A DNA stretch of 64,000 bases from Thermoflexus hugenholtzii JAD2 (GTDB taxonomy: Bacteria; Chloroflexota; UBA11872; UBA12225): contig CAMDTO010000003.1 of NCBI GenBank assembly GCA_945907765.1, forward strand, positions 15,813 to 79,812. The letters are read 5' to 3'. A program made the translations under genes and the position numbers. How positions within the stretch are numbered: the stretch's first letter is position 1; each line of letters starts with the position of its first letter. Shown piece by piece: positions 1 through 9,200 of the stretch. The notes under the pieces are model-generated. The model was not told the DNA's origin, searched no databases, and was given only the letters and a program-made list of their open reading frames with translations.

Positions 1-2528
1 CTGGCGACAGCATCAGGGCCGCCAAGGACGCCGCAGCCATGGTCACGTACTTCGAAGGTTCCACCACCGCGATCGAGGACGAGGCCGAGATCATCCTGAA
101 CAAGATCGAGAAGAACCCAAACGGGGTTACCACCGAGATCAGCACCCAGATTGTCGTCGGCAAGACGTGGACCAAGGTCGCACGTCTTCTCGACCCCGCC
201 AGTTCCTTCGCAATGGAAACCCAGTCTGCCGTCGCCGTTGTGCGAGGCACCGAATTTGCCGTTGGCGTGAACCCCGACGGTTCGGTTGTCGTCACTACCG
301 GCGAGGGTGAAGTTGCGTTGGCACCACCCGGAGCTCCTCCCGGCAGTGCAGTGATCGTGAAGGCCGGTTTCGAGTCCAAGGCCGCCCCGGGACAGCCCCC
401 AACCCAGCCTCAGCCAGCCCCGCCACCCAAGCGGGCGATGCGTCTTACCCTTGCCTCCCCCGCTGTGCCACTGGTCACCGACGACAAGGGACGCTCGACA
501 GGATGCGTCAAGGTAGGCGAAGTTGCATGCGCCCAGATGGTCAACCAGATTCCCGGTTCCGACTATTCCGGCCCGCAAAGTGAACCGCAGGTAATCACCT
601 TTGCACTTGTCGAAGGCAAGGATCGCGCCCTGACCACCAGTTACACCGGAACGGGCGCAGGTGGCGTCTATCACATCCAGGGTGAAGTCATTGATGACGG
701 TGCCATCAAGTCGTCGACCCAGTTCGCCGCCAGCATCAAGGCGAACGAGTCCCAGCAGACTGGACTTACCGCAAAAGGTGACGGCAGCCTGTCTGATTTT
801 GCCGAACCTGTGATCGTCGACTCGCTGCCGTTCAAGGGCGCATTGAGCGCCGCCCTCCTCGGACCAACACCGACCGGCGAGGCAGGCATGCAGATAGCCA
901 CGTTCTCGGCCCAGAAGACCGCAGCCGCCGGCGCAACGCAGACCGCAATCGTTGCCGCCAATGGAGGCGCATCGCCAACCAGACCATCACTCGTCGGTGC
1001 ATTGCCAACACAAGACCTTGCATCCCTCAAGACGCTTGACCCGGCCGCCGCCCAACTGACCCCCCGTGCAAAGGCAACCGTTCCCGCCACCGAAACCGTC
1101 CAGCCCGCTTTGGCTGCCGCACGGGCGAACGGCACCGCAACCCCGGCAGGTGCGACCACGCCTTCACCAGCCGCATCCGGGAGCCCGGCACCGGAGACAC
1201 CAACTCCGACGCCCGCGACAACGGTGACCATCACCGCGACCGAGACAACCACCGTCACCCCGACATTGACCGTGACTGGCACCACCACCGTCACCACCAC
1301 CGTCACCCCAACCCTTACCGTCACGGAAACGGTGACCGTCACCGTGACGGAAACAACCACGGTGTCGCCCACACCGACCCTCACCGAAACCACGACCGCT
1401 ACCGTCACGACGACCGTGACGCCAACGCCAACCCCGAGTGTGACCGCAACCACGACGGTCACTCAGACATCCACGCCGACTCTCACCGTCACGCAGACAC
1501 CGACCCTCACATCGACGATTACGCAGACGCCAACCAAGACGGCCACGCCGATCGGTTACACCGTCCGAGGCAAGACCGTCTCGGTCGCTGCGCCGGGTGA
1601 CACCGGCCGTGAACCGCGGGTGACCTTCGATCTCGTCACCGAAACCGGAATCACCGCCCTCGATGGCGACCGGTCACCGTTCGCGGTAGCCATGCCTCCG
1701 TCTGGTGAACTGCTCCTTTCAGACCCGATCAACATCAGTACCTCGGCTGTTTTCACTGGTCCGATCACCATCGAGATGCCCTTTGACGTTGCGCGCCTTT
1801 CCGAGCCAATGGCCCGTGGGGATGTGTCACGCGACAGCATTCGCCTCCTCAAGTGGAGCCCGAGCGCGCTCGACTGGTTTGAACCAGCGGTGACCGGACT
1901 GAGTGTCGACGCTGCGAACGGGCGGCTCCTGGCAACGATGCCGTCATTCGATCCAGTCGCGGCACAGTCAGGCGTGACCACGCGTGCGGTCAGTGCGTCC
2001 GCCATACGGCCCGGTGGAACATTTGTCGTCGCAGTGCCCCGAACGGTCGGTTTCGGCGTCGGAATTGATGGCATCACGAACGTGCGCATCTTCGCGGGCG
2101 ACAACCTCGCCCCGGGGGCAACACTTACCCGAACGATCACGGTATCGAACGCGACCCGCAAGTCGCTGACCTACCGCCTCAAGACCCAGCCCACGTCCGG
2201 GAGTGGTGATGGCCCGATCCTGTTCACCGACCCGGTCAATGGCCTGCAGCTCAACATTGCACGCGCCAGTCTGTCCGCATTCTATTGCGGACCAATCAAG
2301 GTTGACTTCGGCGTTCCAAATGACGATGTTTCAGGGTGCATAAAGGGCGTGGCACCGGTGGGGACGGCAAAGATGCTGCGCCCATCGGAGACAGACACGC
2401 TCATCCTTGAGATCACCTTCCCTGAAGGTGCCGGGAACGAGTTCAACGGACCGGTCTATGGCCTTCTCACGACGATAGACTTCGTGTGGAATGCCGTGGA
2501 GGTTCCGCCAACACCCGCCACCAGATAG
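1..2528 (+). CDS. Modular secreted protein: FecR-like domain + Ala/Pro/Thr-rich linker + camelysin/TasA-like C-terminal domain (5' end probably outside window)
   Basis: ORF 39..2528. Its frame stays open back to nt 3 (GDSIRAAKDAAAM...), and the FecR-type pattern (YFEGSTTAIEDEAEIIL ... VVRGTEFAV) starts at the window edge with no signal peptide. A T/V/P linker of about 120 aa follows. The C-terminal ~170 aa shows a camelysin-like pattern (AGDNLAPGATLTRTITVSN ... GNEFNG..IDFVWNAVE). Confidence 0.7.
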   Translation, partial: GDSIRAAKDAAAMVTYFEGSTTAIEDEAEIILNKIEKNPNGVTTEISTQIVVGKTWTKVARLLDPASSFAMETQSAVAVVRGTEFAVGVNPDGSVVVTTGEGEVALAPPGAPPGSAVIVKAGFESKAAPGQPPTQPQPAPPPKRAMRLTLASPAVPLVTDDKGRSTGCVKVGEVACAQMVNQIPGSDYSGPQSEPQVITFALVEGKDRALTTSYTGTGAGGVYHIQGEVIDDGAIKSSTQFAASIKANESQQTGLTAKGDGSLSDFAEPVIVDSLPFKGALSAALLGPTPTGEAGMQIATFSAQKTAAAGATQTAIVAANGGASPTRPSLVGALPTQDLASLKTLDPAAAQLTPRAKATVPATETVQPALAAARANGTATPAGATTPSPAASGSPAPETPTPTPATTVTITATETTTVTPTLTVTGTTTVTTTVTPTLTVTETVTVTVTETTTVSPTPTLTETTTATVTTTVTPTPTPSVTATTTVTQTSTPTLTVTQTPTLTSTITQTPTKTATPIGYTVRGKTVSVAAPGDTGREPRVTFDLVTETGITALDGDRSPFAVAMPPSGELLLSDPINISTSAVFTGPITIEMPFDVARLSEPMARGDVSRDSIRLLKWSPSALDWFEPAVTGLSVDAANGRLLATMPSFDPVAAQSGVTTRAVSASAIRPGGTFVVAVPRTVGFGVGIDGITNVRIFAGDNLAPGATLTRTITVSNATRKSLTYRLKTQPTSGSGDGPILFTDPVNGLQLNIARASLSAFYCGPIKVDFGVPNDDVSGCIKGVAPVGTAKMLRPSETDTLILEITFPEGAGNEFNGPVYGLLTTIDFVWNAVEVPPTPATR
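1195..1550 (+). repeat. Degenerate ACC/GTC/ACG/CCG codon repeat encoding a (T-V-T-P-T-L)n low-complexity linker
   Basis: Translated stretch TVTITATETTTVTPTLTVTGTTTVTTTVTPTLTVTETVTVTVTETTTVSPTPTLTETTTATVTTTVTPTPTP... The opposite strand gives a V/T/G-rich shadow ORF (671..1462). Confidence 0.7.
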
Positions 2529-2555
2529 TTGGCGGCGCTGCAGCGGTTCCCCCAC

Positions 2556-3230
2556 TCAGCGACGTAGCGCGGGCGGAACGTCCAGGTTCTTGCGCATCGC
2601 CACGTAGGCGTCAATCCCCGCTGGGTCAGTCCACGGCGAACGCAAGGTGCGCACCACCCGGTACCCGGTCCGGCGATACGCCCTTTGTGCCGCCTCATTG
2701 CGCGCGGCTGTGTGGAGCAGGACTCCACTGGCCCCCGCACGAACCATCGCACTCTCAACCGCTAGCAGCAGGGACCGGGCGACACCCTTCCCCTGCCAAT
2801 CCGGCCTGACCGCAAGCATCGAGACGTATCCCTCGTCGGGACGCGTTCGCCGACGGGCGAAGGCAAGCCCCATTGGCCCAAACGTGGCTGGAAGACGCCA
2901 CATGTTGCGCCATCCCATCAGCTCCGCAAACTTGGGACGTTCGCGCGGGCGGCTGTCACGGTGGAACTCTTCAACGCCGGGTGGTATCGAGATGATGAAC
3001 CCGACAACGTCTCCGAATGCCGATACCGCGACGGTCGACACCCCAACCCGCGCCGTGAAGGACGGGTGCCACATGGTCCCTAGGGTGACAGCATCAACGC
3101 CAAGACCACGGCGGTAATCATCGAAGGCGAGGCCAAACACCGTCGCCATTCCATTCGAGTCCGCTGGAAAAGCTTGGCGCAGGTACACCTGTCCAAGCAA
3201 GGTGCCCGCCCGAGGATGATCACTGCGCAT
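2556..3230 (-). CDS. GNAT family N-acetyltransferase
   Basis: Acetyl-CoA-binding motif-A-like MLAVRPDWQGKGVARSLL, and C-terminal NEAAQRAYRRTGYRVV. The track ORF (to 3368) overlaps tRNA-Asp, so I trimmed it to the in-frame ATG at 3228-3230. A later Met at 3149 is also possible. Confidence 0.75.
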   Translation of the reverse strand: MRSDHPRAGTLLGQVYLRQAFPADSNGMATVFGLAFDDYRRGLGVDAVTLGTMWHPSFTARVGVSTVAVSAFGDVVGFIISIPPGVEEFHRDSRPRERPKFAELMGWRNMWRLPATFGPMGLAFARRRTRPDEGYVSMLAVRPDWQGKGVARSLLLAVESAMVRAGASGVLLHTAARNEAAQRAYRRTGYRVVRTLRSPWTDPAGIDAYVAMRKNLDVPPALRR

Positions 3231-3332
3231 GCCAATTCCCGACAGGTTTCCGGTTGACGGGAGGCGGTTCGGACGGCGCCAGGGCGCCGCACAGAAAACA
3301 ACAAGGCCCCTCTCTGGAGGAGGGGCCAAAGG

Positions 3333-3409
3333 TGGCGGTCCCGACGGGATTCGAACCCGCGATCTCATCCTTGACAGGGACGTATGCTAGACCGCTGCAC
3401 CACGGGACC
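3333..3409 (-). tRNA. tRNA-Asp (GTC), CCA encoded
   Basis: Reverse complement is GGTCCCGTGGTGCAGCGGTCTAGCATACGTCCCTGTCAAGGATGAGATCGCGGGTTCGAATCCCGTCGGGACCGCCA. Acceptor GGTCCCG/CGGGACC, anticodon loop CTGTCAA, T-loop GGTTCGAAT. Confidence 0.95.
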
Positions 3410-3437
3410 ATGAAACCGATACCACTGAACGTCATCG

Positions 3438-3842
3438 ATGGCGGTGGAGTGTATCCGGCAGAACCTCTCGTCGTCAATTTTTCAGGCACCTATGGCGAAT
3501 GATTGGCTCCGGGCACTGCCGATCGACTATCCCAAGTTTGGCCGCAGGCAGTTACCACAATTGTGTAACAATGTTTCCATGTGGATCAATCTGGAAGGCC
3601 GTTTCGAAGAGCTGATCGAAATCAACGATCGCACTATTGAGTTCATGGATGGGCTTGCCGATACCCGCCTGAAGTTGGTTGGCAAGGACGAGTGGACGTC
3701 CGGTGAGACCGTCGTCACTGGCCTGACCCCGGAAGAGGTCATCAACCGAATGGTGTCGGCACGCAGTGCGCTCGTGCATGGCGTACCCGAGGTGAGGCCC
3801 CACAAGGAAGACTTGGCGAACTGGGTGCGTCCGGGTTCCTAG
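3438..3842 (+). CDS. Hypothetical protein (orphan, lower GC than surroundings)
   Basis: 134-aa ORF with an alternative start at MANDWL (3492). I recognised no motif. Hand count of nt 3541-3660 gives 58 G+C of 120. Confidence 0.4.
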   Translation: MAVECIRQNLSSSIFQAPMANDWLRALPIDYPKFGRRQLPQLCNNVSMWINLEGRFEELIEINDRTIEFMDGLADTRLKLVGKDEWTSGETVVTGLTPEEVINRMVSARSALVHGVPEVRPHKEDLANWVRPGS

Positions 3843-3934
3843 TCGAACGCCGCAGCATTTGGCACAACCGGATAACCCGCCCGTAACGTCGAATTGGCAA
3901 CCTTTAACGACGGCAAGAGGTCAGGGTCATCACA

Positions 3935-4864
3935 ATGCAAGCGGTCCGCGTGCCACGCCCAGCAACTGTTCCGAGCCGGTCGGCAACACCCGCATGGTCG
4001 CGTGATCTCCTTGTCTTCCTGGCCTTCATCACCCCGAACGTTGTCAGCCTCTGCGTATTCTCCTACTGGCCAATGTTGCGGAACCTTTGGCTAAGCTTCA
4101 CCTATTGGGACATGATCGCCCCGGAACCCCTGTGGATTGGCCTCGACAACTGGATTGAGGTCCTCACCAGCGCCACATTCTGGACGGTCCTGCGCAACAC
4201 GCTCGTCTTTACGGTGGGTTCGGTCGTAATCACCATCATGATTGCCCTGGGTCTCTCACTTCTCCTCAACCAGAAGCGCCGGGGACGCAATCTGGTCCGC
4301 GCGGCAATGTTCGCCCCGGCAATCCTGCCCGGCAGTGCGATTGCTCTCGTGTGGACTTTTCTCCTGGCACCGTACTACGGCCTGATCAGTCAAGGCGCAA
4401 CCGCACTCGGGATGCCGATGACTCGGTGGCAGAACGATCCGTTCTGGGCGATGCCAACCGTCATCCTCGTGGTCATTTGGAAATCCACTGGGTACGACGC
4501 CGTGATCTTTCTCGCCGGCCTTCAGGGGATCCCGCGTGAGCTCTACGAGGCCGCGCGGGTCGACGGTGCCAACGCTTGGCAACGCTTTGTCAATGTGACC
4601 GTGCCCGGACTGAGCCCCGTTGCCTTCTTCCTGACAGTCACCTCGATCCTTTCAAGTTTCCAAGCGTTTGATGTCATCCGTGTCATGACTGGCGGGGGTC
4701 CAGTCTATGCAACAACCACCCTGATCTACCAGGTGTATAGCGAAGCATTTGTCGGCTTCAACGCAGGTCGCGCCGCCACCTACGCCACCATTCTGTTCGG
4801 TCTAATGCTCGCCATAACGGTCGTGCAGATCAGAATGGTGGAGAAGCGGGTGACCTATGAATAG
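3935..4864 (+). CDS. Carbohydrate ABC transporter permease (MalF/UgpA-like)
   Basis: Multi-TM protein with the EAA loop (LYEAARVDGANAWQRFVNVTVPGLSP). Overlaps the next permease gene by 8 nt. Confidence 0.85.
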   Translation: MQAVRVPRPATVPSRSATPAWSRDLLVFLAFITPNVVSLCVFSYWPMLRNLWLSFTYWDMIAPEPLWIGLDNWIEVLTSATFWTVLRNTLVFTVGSVVITIMIALGLSLLLNQKRRGRNLVRAAMFAPAILPGSAIALVWTFLLAPYYGLISQGATALGMPMTRWQNDPFWAMPTVILVVIWKSTGYDAVIFLAGLQGIPRELYEAARVDGANAWQRFVNVTVPGLSPVAFFLTVTSILSSFQAFDVIRVMTGGGPVYATTTLIYQVYSEAFVGFNAGRAATYATILFGLMLAITVVQIRMVEKRVTYE

Positions 4865-5762
4865 CGTCACCTTCGCCTCTCCGTCGCGAATCGCCCCGAA
4901 GTCCACAGACCTTCCGCGGACGACGTCACACCTGTGGGCAGCACGCCTTGCGGGAGCACTAGCTGCCTACCTCGGCCTCGGTCTCGCCCTGGTGATTGTC
5001 GGAATCCCGACCTACTGGGTGATCATCGGGGCCCTTAAGACCAATCGCGAAATCTACACCGTGCCATCGACGTGGTGGCCGCCAAACCCCGCGTGGTCCA
5101 ACTTCCCGGCCGCATGGGCCGCGGCGCCGTTCACCCGGATGTACCTGAACAGCATCACGGTCACACTTGTCAGCACCACCCTGAAACTTGTGAACGCGAC
5201 CTTCTGCGCCTACGCGTTCGCCTATCTGCAAGTGCCCGGCAGGAACCTGATCTTCATGTTCATCCTTGGTGCACTGATGATTCCCGAGGAAGTAACCGTC
5301 CTTCCTAATTACCTGACGGTCGCATCACTCGGCTACGTAAATTCGGTGACAGGACTGATCCTGCCAACCATTGGGTCAGCGTTCGGAACCTTTTTCCTCC
5401 GGCAGCACTTCTTGTCCCTGCCACGCGAAGTGATTGAAGCTGCCCGTGTCGATGGCGCCGGCCACCTCCAGATCCTGTGGCACGTCGTCCTCCCACTCTC
5501 CCGTCCCGTCCTTGCCACGCTGATCCTCCTTACTGCCGTGGCAAGGTGGAATGACTTTCTTTGGCCCCTGGTGGTGACCAGCAAGGACACCATGCGCACC
5601 CTCCCCGTCGGCATCTTCTTCCTGTTCACGCAGGAAGGGACGACGGAATGGGGAGTGGTACTCGCGGGAACGATCATCGTGATCGCGCCCATCATCGCCC
5701 TCTTCATCGTGGTGCAGCGACACCTGGTAGAGGGGATTGCTTCCGGTGCCGTCAAGGGGTGA
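4857..5762 (+). CDS. Carbohydrate ABC transporter permease (MalG/UgpE-like)
   Basis: EAA loop VIEAARVDGAGHLQILWHVVLPLSRP, followed by the WNDFLWPLVV motif typical of CUT1 permeases. Confidence 0.85.
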   Translation: MNSVTFASPSRIAPKSTDLPRTTSHLWAARLAGALAAYLGLGLALVIVGIPTYWVIIGALKTNREIYTVPSTWWPPNPAWSNFPAAWAAAPFTRMYLNSITVTLVSTTLKLVNATFCAYAFAYLQVPGRNLIFMFILGALMIPEEVTVLPNYLTVASLGYVNSVTGLILPTIGSAFGTFFLRQHFLSLPREVIEAARVDGAGHLQILWHVVLPLSRPVLATLILLTAVARWNDFLWPLVVTSKDTMRTLPVGIFFLFTQEGTTEWGVVLAGTIIVIAPIIALFIVVQRHLVEGIASGAVKG

Positions 5763-5821
5763 CGAGCACCACAACACGACGCGCGCGTGGCTCGCAGCGC
5801 AAATAGGAAGGAAACGCAAGC

Positions 5822-7150
5822 ATGAACCTGCGTACACGCCGGGGTGCATTGTCCGCTGCCGGATTGCTCGGGACTGGACTCGCCCTCGCCGCCTGCGGCG
5901 GTGACGCCGCCTCCGGTGGCGCCGCTGCTCCTGCCGCTTCATCGGGACCGGTCAAGCTCGTCTATTGGGGTGCCTTCGCCGCCAACCTCGGCAAGGTCCA
6001 GGAAGACGTCGTCAAACAGTTCAACGACTCCCAGAAGGCGGTCACCGTCGAGCACCAGTTCCAGGGCAGCTACGAGGAACTGGCAAACAAGCTGACCGCC
6101 GCCCTTCAGGCCAAGCAGGCACCGGACATGGCCGTCCTTTCCGACGTCTGGTGGTACAAGTTCTACCTGAACAAGGCCATCCAGCCGATGGATGACCTGA
6201 TGAAGGCCGAAAAGGTCGATACCAAGGACTACGTTGACTCGCTGTTCAATGAATATGTTCAGGGTGGCAAGAGTTACGCGCTCCCATTCGCCCGCAGCAC
6301 CCCGCTCTTCTACTACAACAAGGACGCATACAAGAAGGCCGGACTGCCCGATCGCGCCCCGAAGACCTGGGATGAGTTCGTCAAGGACTTCGCTCCGAAA
6401 CTCAAGGGAGCGATCGACCCCAAGCAGTTCGTCTTCGCAAACGGCGGGTACTCGGCATGGATCTTCCAAGGCGTGATCTGGCAGTTCGGTGGCGCGTACT
6501 CCGACAAGGACTTCAAGATGACCATCGGGGAACCGAAGGGCGTCCAGGCAGGCGAGTTCTACCGGGACAGTATCAAGGCCGGATGGGCCCAATCGGTCAA
6601 GAGCGACACCGATGAGTTCAAGCAGATGAACGCGGTCAACATCATCAACTCGACCGGAAGCCTGGTGGGCATCCTCGATGCCGCCAAGGGCAAGTTCGAG
6701 GTTGGGACAGGGTTCCTTCCCGAAGGTCCGGCTGGATTCGGATGCCCGACCGGTGGCGCAGGCGTGGCCATTCTCTCCGGGCTTGCCAAGGAGAAGCAGC
6801 AGGCCGCCATGCAGTACCTCGCGTTCGCGACCAGTCCCAAGGTGCAGGCCGTGTGGTCGCAGCAGACCGGCTACATGCCAGTCCGCAAGGCCGCGATCGA
6901 AAGCAAGGAGATGCAAGACTTCATCAAGACCAACCCGAACTTCAAGACCGCGCTCGACCAGTTGCCGAAGACCAAGTTCCAAGACAGTGCACGCGTCTTC
7001 GTCCCGAACGGCGACCAGATCCTCGCAAAGGGTCTCGAGCGCATCCTCGTCAACCAGGAAGCGCCGTCGACCGTCTTCAAGGAAGTTGCCGACACGCTGA
7101 CCAAGGAAGCCGAACCGGTCATCAAGGCCCGCAAGGCACTCGGCGCGTAA
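5822..7150 (+). CDS. Extracellular solute-binding lipoprotein, sugar (family 1) type
   Basis: N-terminal signal with lipobox (GLALAACGG). Family-1 SBP features (LVYWGAF..., WWYKFYLN). Last gene of the permease-permease-SBP operon. Confidence 0.85.
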   Translation: MNLRTRRGALSAAGLLGTGLALAACGGDAASGGAAAPAASSGPVKLVYWGAFAANLGKVQEDVVKQFNDSQKAVTVEHQFQGSYEELANKLTAALQAKQAPDMAVLSDVWWYKFYLNKAIQPMDDLMKAEKVDTKDYVDSLFNEYVQGGKSYALPFARSTPLFYYNKDAYKKAGLPDRAPKTWDEFVKDFAPKLKGAIDPKQFVFANGGYSAWIFQGVIWQFGGAYSDKDFKMTIGEPKGVQAGEFYRDSIKAGWAQSVKSDTDEFKQMNAVNIINSTGSLVGILDAAKGKFEVGTGFLPEGPAGFGCPTGGAGVAILSGLAKEKQQAAMQYLAFATSPKVQAVWSQQTGYMPVRKAAIESKEMQDFIKTNPNFKTALDQLPKTKFQDSARVFVPNGDQILAKGLERILVNQEAPSTVFKEVADTLTKEAEPVIKARKALGA

Positions 7151-7224
7151 GGCAGTCAATTCGGGTTGGCCACGACGCGACACCCAGTGGTAGCGCGCGA
7201 TTGGCACAACCCGACACTCGCACG

Positions 7225-7257
7225 GTGCCGGTCCGTCCACCGTGGGCGGACCGGCAC
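7225..7257 (+). terminator. GC-rich hairpin after the SBP gene (11-bp stem, no clear U-tract)
   Basis: GTGCCGGTCCG-(11 nt)-CGGACCGGCAC, a perfect inverted repeat 75 nt downstream of the stop at 7150. Confidence 0.35.
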
Positions 7258-7281
7258 GCCGTTGCTATACTAGGCGTGCTT

Positions 7282-7372
<91 letters not shown>

Positions 7373-7408
7373 TTACACACACTGTCCACGCTAAGGGATG
7401 ATCGGAAC

Positions 7409-7481
7409 GGGCGGTTAGCTCAGCTGGTAGAGCACGGCGTTTACACCGCCGGTGTCGGGGGTTCGAGCCCCTCACCGCCCA
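7409..7481 (+). tRNA. tRNA-Val (TAC)
   Basis: GGGCGGTTAGCTCAGCTGGTAGAGC... Anticodon arm CGGCG-TTTACAC-CGCCG. T-loop GGTTCGAGC. Acceptor 3' strand ACCGCCC+A. No CCA encoded. Confidence 0.92.
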
Positions 7482-7540
7482 CCCGGCGTTGCTTGCTGGT
7501 CGTGCCACATCTCTCGCGTGCCACCATGGCGTTCTGGCCT

Positions 7541-7616
7541 GCCGAGATAGCTCAGTTGGTAGAGCATGCGACTGAAAATCGCAGTGTCGACAGTTCAATT
7601 CTGTCTCTCGGCACCA
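7541..7616 (+). tRNA. tRNA-Phe (GAA), CCA encoded
   Basis: GCCGAGATAGCTCAGTTGGTAGAGC... Anticodon loop CTGAAAA. Acceptor GCCGAGA/TCTCGGC+ACCA. Confidence 0.93.
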
Positions 7617-7752
7617 TCACCTGCAACCCTCACTTCGCTGATGCGGGTCCCATCGGTCCAGTTGGCTCATGGCAATGGCTTCGGTCATTCGGGAATGCCT
7701 ATCGAAAGTCAACTGCGCGGCGCTCAAGCAGGCGCGCCCGGCGGATATTGGC

Positions 7753-8058
7753 CTACCCAACCCCCAGGTGACTGCAAACTTCGGCAGGTGAACGGTTGCT
7801 GGCAAGTCCGTCAATGACCTCGCCGGCAGGAAAGCGTTCGACACCAGTCGGCACCGAAACCATCGTACGTGGGTCAACTTCGACGCGTAAGACGAGGTGA
7901 CAATCAAGGCATCGCACCACCGTGACCACATCACGGGGCACGATACCTGAGAACCCGAGCCCCGTATCATCGTGTGAGACCGCAGCTTCGACCCGACCGA
8001 CGCAACTCGGGCAAAACAACTGCGAAGGCCCGGCATCGCTTGCAAATACGGTACCCAT
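7753..8058 (-). CDS. Hypothetical small CxxC...CxxC (zinc-ribbon-like) protein
   Basis: Trimmed from ORF 7753..8124 to MGTVFASD. Contains FCPSC ... RCLDC. Divergent from holB with a ~60-nt gap. No SD seen, so coding status is uncertain. Confidence 0.35.
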   Translation of the reverse strand: MGTVFASDAGPSQLFCPSCVGRVEAAVSHDDTGLGFSGIVPRDVVTVVRCLDCHLVLRVEVDPRTMVSVPTGVERFPAGEVIDGLASNRSPAEVCSHLGVG

Positions 8059-8117
8059 CAACCGGGTAACGCTTCGGCACAACGGTAGTCGCAAACCGGT
8101 TGCCATGGAACCACAAC

Positions 8118-9128
8118 ATGACACGATCGTTCGCGGATTTCATCGGGAATGACGCCTCTGTCACCCAGATGCGGACGGCGTACGCACGTGGTCAAGGCAC
8201 ACACGCATACCTGATCACCGGCCCCGCTCAGATTGGCAAGCGCACGCTTGCCATTGCGTTCGCCGGCCAAGTGGTCTGCCACGGTTTGCAGACTGAAGCG
8301 CCATGCGGCGCCTGCCCGTCATGCCACGCCTCGGGCCGTAACGGCCATCCGGATATCCATCTGGTGGAGCGTCGTGACGACAAGCGGACCATCCTGACCG
8401 AACAAGCACAGGAAGTGATCCATCAATCAAGCCTGCACCCGTACCTGTCGGCCCGAAAAGTCTTCATCGTGCGTGAGGCATCCATACTTGAGAACGAGGC
8501 CGCCAACCGGCTTCTGAAGACCATCGAGGAACCTCCCCCGGATACCGTGATAATCCTGACCACGAACGACGCCGACCAGGTACTCCCAACGATCCGGTCG
8601 CGATGTCGTGAGGTGGGGTTACGGACGATGCCGCTTGGGACGGTCGCCAAAGGCCTGATCGACCGGGGCGTCGATGGCGATCACGCCGATCTTCTTGCAC
8701 GCATGTCAGGCGGAAGGCCAGGCTGGGCCATCGCAGCGTCCGATGATCCGGCGCAACTCACCCGTCGCGACGACCACCTGACGCTTCTTGAAACAATTCT
8801 TGCTACGTGGCGTACGCGCCGGCTTTCACTGGCAGACCGCCTTGAGGACAGTCGTCAGGTGGCACGGACCCGCGAACGGATGGCCGGAGCGTTTGAGGAC
8901 TGGATCACCTGGTGGCGCGACGCCCTCGTTTGCCATGCCGGATGCCCGGAACTCATCACGAACATCGATCGTGAGGGTGCGTTACGACACGCGGCCGGGC
9001 GTCTCGATCGCACCCAGATCATTGCCGCCATCACCCGAACGCGCGAGGCATGGGCGCACATCGATGCCAACGTCAATCCCCGCCTCGCCATCGAAGGCCT
9101 CCTCCTCGACCTGCCCGACCTCACCTGA
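8118..9128 (+). CDS. holB: DNA polymerase III subunit delta'
   Basis: HAYLITGPAQIGKRTLA (P-loop-like), zinc module CGACPSCHA, HPDIHLVE, SRC motif (LPTIRSRCREV). First in-frame ATG is at 8118; the track start at 8100 is TTG. Confidence 0.85.
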   Translation: MTRSFADFIGNDASVTQMRTAYARGQGTHAYLITGPAQIGKRTLAIAFAGQVVCHGLQTEAPCGACPSCHASGRNGHPDIHLVERRDDKRTILTEQAQEVIHQSSLHPYLSARKVFIVREASILENEAANRLLKTIEEPPPDTVIILTTNDADQVLPTIRSRCREVGLRTMPLGTVAKGLIDRGVDGDHADLLARMSGGRPGWAIAASDDPAQLTRRDDHLTLLETILATWRTRRLSLADRLEDSRQVARTRERMAGAFEDWITWWRDALVCHAGCPELITNIDREGALRHAAGRLDRTQIIAAITRTREAWAHIDANVNPRLAIEGLLLDLPDLT

Positions 9129-9200
9129 CCACCGGTGACCGGTTGCTAGACTATCTCCAGTCCGACCGTCGGGTTGGGAACAGGAGTTCACGCACCGCAA

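Noticed and set aside
671-1462. 263-aa Val/Thr/Gly-rich ORF on the minus strand
   Set aside because: It is the mirror image of the Thr/Val/Pro codon repeat of the plus-strand gene. This is a low-complexity artefact.
2556-3368. Full 270-aa version of the GNAT ORF
   Set aside because: Its first 46 codons overlap tRNA-Asp (3333-3409) on the same strand. I trimmed it to an internal Met.
3935-7150. Missing ATPase in the first sugar ABC operon as an anomaly
   Set aside because: CUT1 systems in many Gram-positive-type lineages use a shared MsiK/MalK-type ATPase encoded elsewhere, so this is expected. The lack of an ATPase becomes notable only in combination with the other oddities of the 38386-50303 cluster.
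5939-7240. 433-aa ORF on the minus strand
   Set aside because: It is entirely antisense to the well-supported sugar-binding-protein gene (5822-7150). It has no recognisable motifs and an Arg/Leu/Gly/Asp-heavy composition typical of shadow frames in high-GC DNA.
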